This document shows positions 48,701-61,527 of a stretch of 64,000 bases of DNA, piece by piece. The first letter of the stretch is position 1. Each line of letters opens with the position of its first letter. The stretch comes from Lingula anatina (Eukaryota > Animalia > Brachiopoda). The position numbers and the translations under genes are program-made. The stretch covers positions 7,200,954 through 7,264,953 of the forward strand of contig CM120644.1 in assembly GCA_051362555.1 (NCBI GenBank), read 5' to 3'. The notes under the pieces are model-generated. The model saw only the letters and a program-made list of their open reading frames with translations, was not told the origin of the DNA and made no database searches.

Positions 48701-51700
48701 TATTCCTACGAGCACTTATACAGTATTTGACACATGCCAAGAATGTAGTAAACTGATAGAGAGGGAAATCGAAGAATGTATTGAAATGAAGGCTCTGTTA
48801 CTCTTTTTTCTTTATCTGATACACCGTTATCTGATAAAGGCGAATTTAGAAGGATACATGATCATGCATGTAGGCTTCGAATCAGCTGTTCTTTTATTAT
48901 TATAATTTTTTATTTTCTATCTGGTTTACCTGCAGACACCTAGCTAGAAACAGGCCCTTTTTTCAATGTAATTTTGTTTGCTCGCCATCCCGGCCCATCC
49001 CAACCCTATACCAAAATACTGCAATGATGTCACGTCACGCGCTTTACTTTTTTTTTCAAGTCTCGTCGTCTCACGCGAGATGTAAGATACTGAATGTGTG
49101 ATGTGATTCCTCGTGTGACGGAACGAGATATCGCAAGAGGCGTGCATGTATCATAAAACTGTTCCCAGATGCCTCTGATACAGATCTATAGTATGAGCTT
49201 TACTTACAACCAAACTGAGCAAATTAGGTGTGTATATAATCCACTCGAACCCTGCCATATTAGGTACCCAGCATCTAAAAAGAACAAAAAATAATAGTAA
49301 TAAATGTGTATATTTGACACAAGACGAATATGTCATACAGGAACATGTATGCTATTTTAACAAAAACAGTCCAAATCTTCTTAATAGCCATCAAATTGAA
49401 AAAAAAATAAGTTGATTCAAATAAACGTGAATCATTTATCCACAGCTGCATTAGATGAAACTGAATGTTGCGTTTTCATCCATACTGACGACATACACTT
49501 ATAGTTGTATATGTCGCATTTTTAAATTTACATGTGTACCAGTAGTTGAAATACGATTTTTCTGAATGATACAAAATGACTGCATACAGTAAACATACTC
49601 TCTATTCTCCTTACTGGATGCCTTAATCAAGCTATACACTGCGACTGGAAGGAGTGGGAAACCTGTAAAAACAACGGAAAATATTCGTGACCAACCATGA
49701 TTAAACTTATGCGATATTAAAAGTAAATATAAGAAAGCAGCCGGGTTTTCTCAATTCTGAAAGCAAAACTTTCCGAACAGATAGCCTACTAGTGGAGTCT
49801 TTATAAGTACGTGCGCATGCGTGCGTGCGCTCGCGCGTGTATAATTATAATTGTCTGCGATAAAATTGCAAAGCTAAGACCAACAGATAACAAAGTATCG
49901 AAACAACAAAATGATCACTGTTGAGATAATTTGAATAGATTTACATGTACAAGTATAAATAAATAGTTTTCAGTTATGTATATACATGTATGTGTACGTT
50001 GAAAATCTGCTGAATCGTTTTCTCTTCATATGTTCGATGTCAGGTTAAAGTTACTGTACCAGACACACGACCCAGCCTACTGGATATATCCATCACATAC
50101 ATACCCCAGCCTACTGGATATATCCACCACATACATACCCCAGCCTACTGGATATATCCACCATATCTTCTTAGGGGTTTGGAATGTTCGAACGATTAGT
50201 CTGTGCAGGTAAAACCCTTCCAGAAACATCCACGTGTAATTCGTCATACGAATATAACGGGTCAACATGTAGAGAATCTTACAGCCGATCTGAAATTAAT
50301 TCTTTGCATGTTCAAATTTGCACATGGACATAGGGTTTGGATATGATACAAAATAAAATGGAGGATTAGTGCTATAAATATCACTTACAAATAAAAGGCA
50401 GAATACGTTTTCTAATTTTTAATTTGATAAACTTGCAACCCTACATGTGTATCATAACTAATGAATCGAATGTAGCCCCCCCCCCCCCCCCCCCCCCCCC
50501 CATTGTACAACAACGGATACCAGTAAAATAATCTTGTTAACGGTTATACATATTTGAATTAGGATTCTTTTTCAGTAAAGACTTCAGAATTACTGTTCCA
50601 AACAAATACAATTAAGTATTAGTTGAAGATAACTCACGTGGTTCTTATATATAATAGATGTCTCTTTACTGTGTGACAGCCGGTCCAGGAACACCACGGA
50701 GTCCAGTATAATGTATATGATGCCCGTTAGAATGAAGGAGATGAACAGGTTGACGTGAATCTGGACACGATGCTGGGTAGAAAGCTGTCTGTTAAACACA
50801 CAAAAGTACAGTGTGACGCATGTGATATTGTGTTAGTTGAGATGTGTCCATTGTGTGGATTGCGTCGGTTGAGCCAATCTAGGATGTAAACTAGGCGCGA
50901 CAGGTTGAGACCTGCCTGGCAGATATATGCGAATATGTGGCCAGTAAAATGATGTATGCGAAACTATGTTGGTAAATATTATGCGTTGAATTGACGTTGG
51001 TGAGTCATTGTGGTAGATCAAACAACTAGGACAAGGATAATGCATTGGTTGCTTCAGTGTGTTAAGCGTGTTATTGTTTTATCCTAAAAATTCCAACGGT
51101 TATCCCACACTTTGTACAAATTACTAGTGCCTGTCTCAAATTAACAACATCAAAGAAACATCAAAATCATACCCTTCAAATTACGAGCAGTACAATTTAT
51201 TCTGATCTCCCATTTGCAACAAATGACTTAAATAGGACACAAAACAATTGAATGCTTTGGAATTAAGCCAGACTTACTTAAAGGACAGGAAGATGATGAC
51301 AGCAGGCACCAAGGCAACGATACCCACAGCATTGCAGGCTATCCTTACATAGATTGTGTCTCTCTTCGCCTGGAATTACATATAGTACACCGCAGCGTGA
51401 AGTTAAATTGGTAAGATACGTGGTAATGCTAAAAACCAATATATATAATAAAATTATATAAAATAAAGGGATGGCAAAAAAAAAAGTTTTATTTCAGACA
51501 TTTGTTGTTTTCGACAATAATATAAGAACATATTTCAAATGCCTAAACTGTACTGATGAACTCCCCCGTGTTTGGAAATATACCAGAACAAAAAATAAAT
51601 AAATAAATAAATAAATAAATAAAAATAAAAACAACCAATGGAATTTATACCAGTAGAATGTCTGAGCTGCATCACAAATGGGCTTCTAAACAAGACTGCA

Positions 51701-54700
51701 TACGACGTAAGCAATACTACACACGTGATGGTTTATTTACAGGTAATACGACATTTATCTCTCTGTTTTAACAAATTCTTACGTACCTTGTACATGTCAT
51801 AACTTTTTCTATGATAATCGACATTTTACCTCCATCACTACAGATACTGACCCCGATGGTGATACAGCTAGAGTAATTGGTCCACTCTTGGTTAGTGTCA
51901 TTGCTGCGCCACCAGGTTCCCTTGTCTGTGCATGTTTTGGTTGCAAGTTCTGCAAAACGATGGGTACCAGTATTTTTTTCGTTAAAATATATCTTTTCTG
52001 ACTATCAAATACTGGTACAGCATAAAATTAACAAATCCAATGGGGCATTGTTTTTCTTTATTTGACTATAAAATTTTTACGTCGAACCAGATCAGATTAA
52101 ATAATTTTTTAGTTTTTATGTTTGTTGATTTTTTGTTAGAATGGCAACCAAATCTATTTTTTATTTCTTGTTATTTTATTTTTAAAGAAACCCGGTACTT
52201 CTTTTCAGAGCCCTTGATATAGTGCAGATTTTGGAAAGAAGGAACGCGGCGTACTCACTATGGATTTTCGATTAATTATGGTATTTATTACACAAAATAT
52301 TTCATTATTTTAGTGTCATTTTAGAAATAAGTAAAATATAAAAGTAAGAAATCTATTTCTGTTACCGGTATTTTTGGTATCACGTGGTTATGCTGACGTC
52401 ATAGTCTCACCTGATGTACTCACATGTTCCACAAAACCTGGACACGCCATTGAACCACGTGATCCAGCCCTGACGTCACTATCCCAGCATAGCCACCCAT
52501 CCCACGTGTAAGGGCAGTAACCTTCTCGCGTCTGAACTGACACCTGCTTTAACTTATCACAGCATTTGGCGGCCTCCTGGCAACATTGTCGCCACCTATC
52601 GCATTGTTCCCAGCTCTCCAACGAAGAACAAATCAAACTTGTCTTAGTTTTGTTTTCAATATCAGCTAGGATTGCTTTTGTAACGTTCGCCGAAAATATA
52701 GATCCATTGATAAGAGTATCTTTATAAATGAGATAAGGTCCTCCAGGCAGGAGTATCGCGTTGTCCTCATACAGAAAACCAAAGCAATCTGCACATGCGA
52801 TTTTGTTGAAGACATCGGGTGGAAAATACTGGCTACTTCTATGACGACACAGTGGCGTCGCCGTCGTATTCTGAGAGTTTGAAGTGCGGATCTGAAATAT
52901 AAATTTAAAGAAAAGGCCTATTTAACAAGATTTTAATCACTTATGTGAAACGCAAAAAAGTAAAATTACGAAGTACACATGCAGGTCTACAACGGTATAC
53001 CGTTTAACCGACATAGCACACTGGTAGAAAAGACTCATCGATTTTTTTTAAGTTCGCAAATTAACAATATGTACCATATAAAAACAATGCTAAAAAGATA
53101 ATATCACTTTGACATGCTATAATTTTATTGTTTGGCAGATTCGGTCGCCGGTCCCTTTGTTATTCTCAATCTAATGCTTCCTGGAAAGACAAATCGCGTA
53201 GAAATAGTTGACGTATATGTTAGTGTGTTATTATGGAAACAAAAAAATTAAAGCACAATCATTAAGTAACAGCAAGAAACGACATTGGTTTTTACGTTGA
53301 AACAGCGTTAGTGCCTTTTAAATGTCCACATAAATGAGTTTATCATGAGTACAAACCACTGGTGTTTGAGGTATGCTGTAGGCCTACCTTAAAGTCACTC
53401 ACGTTCGCAAGAAATGCTTTATTGCAAGCAAAGGATGAATGGAGGACACATGTATTGCTAAGGGCATACTTAATAAACATCCCATCGTGTTAACTCTGAT
53501 TGTCGTAATGTACATGCAGTCTCTGCAGCGTTATATAACGTCACGCCTTCAGTCTCTTTGATAATTATGTCCCTTAGTGGTAATGTTACTGAACGAAAAC
53601 ATTAACTACGTAAAAGCCTCAAGGCACGTGTAGCCATGCTTCACCAGACCGTTAATGTTTTTATGTTACATTTCAGTAATGGCTCTGGTGTAAACACGCG
53701 ACATCCACAGCGTGTGGCCGGCAGAGATACAGTTCCTGGTCTTTGAGTAATGTATTATGCAACGCACGACTAGGCACTGAATCTCAACAGTCGGCTTCAG
53801 AATTGAAGACTGTATTATCAACGGATGTTCTGTCTGACAAGGTGCTGAGTGGAAGGTTTCCTTGCACGAACAGGTCTAATTTACACAGTTGGTTTACTGT
53901 TTTTATTTAACGCATATTTTTTTTACTTGAGCATTTTGTCGATGCGCTGTCTTTTTCTTTCTTTCTTTCTTTTTCCTTTTTCTTTGATTTATTCATTTAT
54001 CAATCTAGATAATGGTTATCTTTTATTTATTTATTTATTTATTTATTTATTTGCAAGTTCCAAACTATTTTTTTTATTTTATTCATTTCCTGTTTATTTC
54101 TTTTTGTTTTCCTTTTTCACTGAGGTTTCTCCAGAGTCACCATAGTGTTTTTGGAGTAAATACTTGTTTTCGTAAATACCATGTTTGTTCCAGTAGCATT
54201 TTAATAAAATAAGTTTTCAACCTGGCTTCAATGCGTTCAACAGAAGCCACGTATTAGCTGACAGGAAGGCAAGCTTCCAAGACACAAGTCAATTTACTGA
54301 TGTAAGTGTTAAAAAAATCGTGTAAAAAAGCCAAAAGCACCAACCACAACATATGGTTGCATTTTTTCCAAGCACATGGTGTATTATGACATTTTGTACG
54401 CCGAATAAATTGAGTCCAACAACATGTAAAATACAGTTGTGTTCGGTCTGCTAATGACTTTGGTTCGAGTGCTATTGTTTTTGCAGTTTTGAATTAACTG
54501 CAAAGGTTTTTTATTCACTGAAATGCTAATTAAAATTTATCTCTACTCTCGTTTCCGTTCTTCATCAATCACATATGATAATGGCAATTGAATGACGCAG
54601 AACTCATTGAATCTTTCCAATGAAACCTTTTTCACTATTTCAATTTGCAGATACTTGAGTTTCAATATGGCATTACAAGACCTAGGTAATCGGCTATGGT

Positions 54701-57468
54701 GATTTAATAAAATTGAGCAATCTCCTGGAGAATAATACTTGGTATCACGGATAGAATGATCTCTCTTTGACACTGATTTAGATTAATTCCACGGATAATT
54801 TCGCCATTTCACTGGCATAACATGGACAGTACTCTATCTGAACAGCTGATTTAGCGGAAAGTGCATTACCCAGTTAACAGTAAAACATGAAATTAATATG
54901 ATTATTAGAATAATAGATACGTCTTCATCACGTAATTCTAATATAAAAATATCAGTATTAAGGGAAGACATTTCCCAAGTGAAATGCAAAACAATGAAAC
55001 TTCAAACCATCGAACTAATTTTGCAGGAGTATTTCACAGTTATTTTTTCAACACAATTGTTGGTCAAGTCGTGCATTTGGTTTGACGACAAAATAAATGA
55101 AACTGAGAACACTGGTTCTTTTATGATTGGTTACATCTTTAGGCATTTCTCATATCGCTAATTACATTGCAAAATGAACAGCGGCACAACTTTTGCACGA
55201 ATCAAGAAAGATTAGCTGTTTTATATTAGTCTACGCCAAGGGGGGTTGCTTTTGGTTCCGTTTGTACGTTTGCCTGTCTGTCTGTTTGTCTGCTAGCAAC
55301 ATTGTGGGCGGATTTTGATGTACTTTTCGGACTCTGACCAAGTAACATTAGATTAGATGTTGGTGGTAATTAATGAGTTAATTAATGAAGTCAGTGTGTC
55401 TTTTCCCAGCATTATGAGAAATTTTATGGAAATATTTTGATGAAATTTTCAGGATACGTGTAGGTCAGGAAGGGATTAGCTTTTGGTAGTGATGATTACT
55501 GGATCTATTTATTATTAATACGTTTCTTATTTAATTTGTTAGTAATTGAATTAAATTAGTAGAACTGAGCTAAGAGTCAAATAATAAAATAATAAATTGA
55601 CAATAATGAGACATAATCTGCCTTTCTGGAGGTCTGCAATCTCTGAGTGCGTTTCTAACTGTGGATAAATTGCGTATTGAATGTAAATGACAGAGAAACA
55701 AAAAAAAACTCAAAGTTTTTTTCGACGAACCCATGTTTATAACACATTGAAAACATATATTACGACTGTTTTAACAGTTAAAACATGCATTCCTGCGATA
55801 AAGCTACATCCAGGCAATCTCGGTTTTATAAAACAAAAAACATTTATCACATGGCTCCTCTGCTCGCAGAAACATTCTCCCTAACAATCCATAGCGGTGA
55901 TTTGTTTGCATTTGATTATGTAAGCGAAGCTCTGCATTGGGTCTACATCTACAATTGCCATTTTCCTTCAATTAAGCGCACTAATGGCACACAGCTAATA
56001 AAAATCCGGTGTCTGTTTGTGAAAATGATTGATCGAAAGACCAAAAAAGTTAGCAAATTAAGATACAGGCGGCGTGCACTCAAAAACTTGTCGTTTTATA
56101 TGCGGTAACAGTATTAAATTGGGATAAGAAAACATGTTGAAATGATTTAGGCGGTAAAGTTCCTATTTGCATACATAGTGCCTGAAGATTATTTCTATAC
56201 ATATACTGGCACTGTGTGTTTCATGCATTTAAAAAAGACACCTAAAAGAAATTACTGTTATCGACAAAAATACCGTTGATTCCATCTAGGACCCACTAAA
56301 CACTTGTTAATTGGGTCCTAGATTTCCTCGAAATAAAATCAAAAGAGCGTGACAAAAGAAAAACAAAAAGAGGCTAGAACGCAGAAGGGATATTTCAATA
56401 CATGCAAAATGCTTAAATGCAAAAGTACCTTTGAATTGGCTGGTAGGCTTCCATGTTATCTTTTTGGATTATCGATATCGCAGAATATATGAAAACCACC
56501 CCAATACCAATTTCAGAAACAACACCTTTAAAGCAAGGAATCAGTACAAGTGGCAAACCTATTCCGAAAGCCGTAATAGGCTTAGAACCTGGTGATCTCC
56601 GCGGTGATTTTCGATCAATAGAAAAAATATAAGTGCATGTGCTGATTCTTTGCTAACGTTGAGGTTATAGGCTTTATTATTAAATCAAGTGAAGGAGTCT
56701 GATATGATGTCCAACTTTTCTGTAATATCTCTGTGGAGATACACCCATTTATATTCCCTTTCTATAAGATTTATCTAAAGCGTGACAGATACATGTACTG
56801 AAGTCCTTCTAATGATTCTATGTACTTTTACCAATACATGAAGACCTAGTTTTGTTAATGTAAACGTTATAAAATTATAAAATTTCGGTTAAATTTAGTA
56901 AAAGGTATCCTTTTTCTTGGAGGGGAGGGTGTAACATTCAGCTGTAGATTCGGGTGTGAGTGTGTGATTTGTGTGTGGGGGGTGGTGGGGGGGGGGAGAG
57001 GAAAAGGGGGACTAAGATTCCCAAACACCCACTCCTCACTTGAAAAAATTAAGGTACCAGAGCTATTTTCTGTGTTAATAAAATCAACCGATAGGGACAA
57101 AAGATAGCTTTATAGGTGCTACATGTATCATAATATTATTCATTGTCATAGTGTCTTCGTAAACCTGCAGATAAAATGATTTAATTATACTAAGTGTCTT
57201 AATGATGTTATTTGATGTTGAACCCCTTTTCCATTCCACCTCAAGCTTATGCATCAAACTGATTATTGACGTTTGCTAAAGGTGTGCACCCATGCGTGAA
57301 TCAAAGGACGTGACAGATTAAAGGCAACTTTTTATCAAATAATAAATTCATACTAGAACGTATATTTTTTCAATAATCATGTCCACTGGTTCGGGCGACC
57401 TTAATCCGTTCTATAATCAGGACACCAAATATATATGTACGACCAATCAATCAGCGTCGTGAACTGGG

Positions 57469-57505
<37 letters not shown>

Positions 57506-57561
57506 TCACTGACCTTCAGCAGAAGTATAGAAACCAGTATCATCCGTAAGGCAGCAATCAT
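45792..57561 (-). CDS. Class B (secretin-family) GPCR, calcitonin/CGRP/DH31-receptor-like; exons 57561-57514, 52891-52411, 51949-51852, 51369-51278, 50788-50638, 50289-50139, 49662-49599, 49274-49208, 48085-48003, 47436-47301, 46812-46771, 46481-45792
   Basis: Hormone-binding domain CPYTWDGWLCW..CP..C...GTW..WTNYSSC; RVQIHVNLF; NYTWMFLEGFYLH; GW|GFP; KATFVLVPLFGLQ; Q|GFLVALIFCFFNGE|V; GT-AG phases consistent. The first (signal peptide) exon is less certain. Confidence 0.92.
50070..50163 (-). repeat. 34-bp tandem repeat spanning a GPCR splice donor (3 copies)
   Basis: Unit CCCAGCCTACTGGATATATCCA(C/T)CACATACATAC = minus-strand TGGATATATCCAGTAGGCTGGG|GTATGTATG. Confidence 0.92.
55229..55660 (+). 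mobile_element. Non-autonomous Helentron/HINE-like element in GPCR intron 1
   Basis: 5' CTACGCCAAGG, (GTCT)n microsatellite, duplicated core, 3' GCCTTTCTGGAGGTCTGCAATCTCTGAGTGCGTTTCTAA; shares motifs with 7845-8096. Confidence 0.55.
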
Positions 57562-60515
57562 GACCCCGGCCTCAACATTGTTGAAGTATCCCAAGTGCGA
57601 CTTTGAATTCGGAAGTTTCTTTCTACGCCAAATGTCCCACAGCAAGCTGAAAATAATAAGCGTTATTGTGAATTCTTCGTGTCAGGTCAATAGCCCTGTA
57701 CACGTCCACCGTTAATTAACAGCAATCTTTACCATTGTCCGGGGCATCGCGTCGATTAAGAAAAGACAACTGTGTAATATTACATCCATGTTCACCTCGA
57801 AGCTATTGCCTGTCAATACAGAGTGTGCACACAAGACATCTTTAGCTCGCCTTCTAAATCAATCTAAGCATCCACAAAACACATCGAATTTTACTTGATT
57901 GAACCTCACCGGCTTGCAGATATTAGCAATAGTGGACCTGTAGTACGATAACTCCCAAGGCAGCCGGTAGCCGTGAACGATAAATGAGAATTTTCATCTC
58001 AGAATTTTTCAAAAACTTGCACAATAAATACTAAATAATGACATCTCCGTTTTTGAGTTTAAGAGGCCGCATTTATAGTCAGTCGGAAAAAAACATCCAT
58101 TTGATCTATTGAGAAGAGATCTGAGAGATCAGAAGTGGAAGTGGCCAGAGTACAAAAATTATTTTCGTTTGAACCCCATTTACCCCTATCTCCTCTCAAC
58201 ATCTCCTTCAACCCCTGAAAGGTATTACCGGATAGAGACGTGTCAAAGGCAGTATGTTTCCTGAATATCATTTATTGTTCTCGACCGCACTTATACATGT
58301 ATATTTGAAAGATGGCACTTTTTATCTTTGTGCCACAAATCCCTACAAACGCCAGTGAGCAAAATAAACCTGTTAATCAACTGTCTCTATACAGAAGACA
58401 GTCAAAATTAACCTTTTTAACAAAATAAGCAGGATTTCTTTTTCTCATTATCCTCACACTCTCCTCATAGAAGCTTAAAGTCATCTCCACCTAACGCTAT
58501 ACGGATTTCTCTGACTTGTGACAGCTCCTTGTCTTCTTTTCTAATTTTCATTTCAACTCCATACTTCCTTTCATGTCACGCGTGATTACACTGTAATTTC
58601 ACGGTCTTCGAGCGAATAAAGTAGACAACTACATAAAAGCCGCGTTCATGCCTGGTTCTAAAATGCACCGAGATTCGACTAAAATGCGTCGCTTGATATC
58701 ACTTCTTTTAAAATCCGTGTTTTGATTGGCAGAGCTGTAGTGCGATGGGCGGGGCGTCAGGGGGATTCCGTTGCTCTTGTTGTAATGCCAAATGGTTTCA
58801 TTCTTTTGACTTCCTTTGGTCCACAATTATGTGTTAACGTGGCTTTAGTTTGTTTTCCAGTTGTACCAGTAGTTGCAGTCAGGGAAACTAGGCACCAACA
58901 TATGATATATAACTACACTGTAGCAATGTATTGACACAAAGTGATCCACAGTTATATTCCTCGTTGATGTGTTCGGTCCATAAAACATCCCGCATCGGAA
59001 TATTCTATAGACTAGGCCTACTAGTACACAGAGAGAATAAAATGAACGAAACACTGCGTTTAATAACTGTTCAGTACATTTTATATCTCCATAGTTTATA
59101 TCATTACAGAGCTAACATTGTGAAATTTCTTTCAGAATTATGTCAATTTATGTGTCTTTTGACAACTGCTATAGTCTCAAAGCTGTTATACTCTCAAAGT
59201 TTCATTTGCCTAAGTGGCTGCCACTATTCCCAATAAAACATCTATACATCACTGTATCACGAATTTGCTTACAATTGAATATATTTCACAAACGCCTTAA
59301 TCATTATTTTTATAATCCACTTTGGTCTCAGGCAGAACTTAGTCTCTTGAAGATGGAAAGCAAGGACACATTTCGTTAATATTTGCGCCTCTAGTTTTTA
59401 GAATGTTTTTCATTTTCTGTTTTCTATACTGTCGTTCAGTTCTTTGAATAAAATAAATTACCAAACAGTGGCTTGTTTAACTGGACCATCGTAAACTGGG
59501 AACGAACAAGAATCTGTAAAAACCTGGATGAAAATCCAAGTTGTAATTACTGAGGCAGAAAGAGTGTGACTAAACACGTGATTATGAAACTGCAACAATT
59601 CAATTTTCTGGTCACATGCCGCGTTCAATTGTAGTGACAACCTAATATCCCTCCAAGTTGAATTCTCAAAATAAAACGCTCTCTTTTGAACTTTCAAATC
59701 TTCTTACTAAATGGTTCATGACGACGCAGTCTCATCAATGAATTGCAACAGTCTGCATCTCTTTGACAGGCATCGATCATTTGTCAATTAGGCCTACCTT
59801 TTATCCTCATTATAACTAGCCACCAAGCTCAGCAGCCCCAGACAGCTTTCAGAGTCGCCAAATAAGATTTGATAAAGACGTAAAAGAAAGAATCAATGAT
59901 CAAACACAGAAATCTGCTTCAAAGCTTCGTAGCCTATTGGATAAAACCGTACGCTGGCAAAGAAACGCTATCTTGGACCACGTCGAGGACGGATTTTAAG
60001 AAGACGCTTAATTGACGTACACCTCCAACTGTGTTATTTTTCTGACTTTCCGCCTACCGTCCTTTGTATAGGGATTCTCAAAGACATTACAGAGGCATTA
60101 CCGGTACTTATATGTGAGTGGCAATCAAGCAATTCCATCTGACGTTATACACAAAAAACATTGTAGTACTAATCTTTAGAAAGCCCCATATTTACAAATC
60201 AGATTCATATCTTGCACAAGTACGAAATGCAGTCTTATTCATTTTAGGTTCATTATAGCCAAACAAAACTACGCGTCAGTACCAATACTTATATTTCAAT
60301 CAGCGCAATTAGTTTTAACACAGTTAGTGCGTCACAATCAGTAAAGGGACCGTGGTTTCAAAATGTATAATCGATTAACTGACAAGGACATCAGACTCCA
60401 ATACACAATTTTGAATCCAATGTAGGAAAAAACACATTATCTGAAATTAAATAATACATCAAAAAACAATGGATTCGACCGCGATAAAAATATTTCGTAT
60501 TTCTTTTGAACTCAC

Positions 60516-60890
60516 CTTTGCTGCATACAGTTTTAATAAAATTCTACGGAGCAATACCACCTACTAACATTCTATGCACAGCAGGTCTTTTTTCTCAACA
60601 CTTTTTTTCTAAACACTTTTTTCTCTGCTACATGTATTAAAATATCCAAATCGTAGAAACACTCAGTACCTTTTTATCTGAAGATGAATATTTACTAAAC
60701 GTAGTTTAGCTCTAGTTTCTTCTTCCCGTTCTCAAGTTACTCTTCCTATGCTTCCAGCATTTTACAGCTCTTAAATACCAGTAAGTGGTGACGTAAGAAC
60801 GGGAAACGTTCACGCGTGAATCAAATAGAGCGGATAGTAATCGGTCCAGCTGCAGTCCTTCCGCTTCAACGAGGACCGTATAGTGACTCA
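60516..60890 (-). promoter_or_regulatory. Candidate GPCR promoter and non-coding first exon
   Basis: Strong donor AAG|GTGAGT at 60516/60515, TATTTAA on the minus strand at about 60777-60771, CRE-like TGACGTAA at 60789 and AP-1 TGACTCA at 60884. The exon holding the ATG starts at an acceptor (about 57646), so an upstream exon is needed. Confidence 0.3.
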
Positions 60891-61302
60891 GGGTTAGGAT
60901 TGTTGGCTTCTTATGGTCTCGTTCCGTTCGTCCAACATTGGCCGCTTCTGCAATAAGTACTTCAATCTACAACGGACTCGATCCTAATGACGCAGCCAGT
61001 GTCATGATATTTTGCTGTTTTTATATCCCCTCTGTTATATGTGGCGCTACTCACATATTACCTCAAAGCCAATGACTCCAGCTAAATGCATATTGTGCAC
61101 GGGATTGGTAGAAGATTTCTGCTTGGATGGTGACTAGCTAACTCCAAAAACCAAGTGGAACGCTTAAAAAACCTGCCTAAAACTGGTCTCCATTTTCAAC
61201 ATAGAATAAACGTTAATACAGTGGTAAATACATTAATACAGTGTGATGTATTCACGGGCTTGATTACAATCCACAGAACCCACATGATTGAAATTGATTT
61301 AC

Positions 61303-61527
61303 GGTCCCATTCCCATAGACACCATCGGTCAACGTAGATCGATCCAGCTCTGCAGGGACTCTCGCTGAGTGCAAACCACTTAACTGATTGCCACGCCTCG
61401 TTTTGTCTCCAACGTACTCGTGTTAACACCATCTTTTCTGTATTCTAGTCAAATCCAGGAGGCGTGTCATTCTTTCCAACTGATTGCACTCAGCGAGAGT
61501 CCCCGCACGTCTATGGGAATTGGGTCT
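61303..61527. mobile_element. MITE (CCCATTCCCATAGAC ends)
   Basis: TTCCCATAGAC/GTCTATGGGAA and GGGACTCTCGCTGAGTGCAA/TTGCACTCAGCGAGAGTCCC inverted pairs. Confidence 0.7.
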
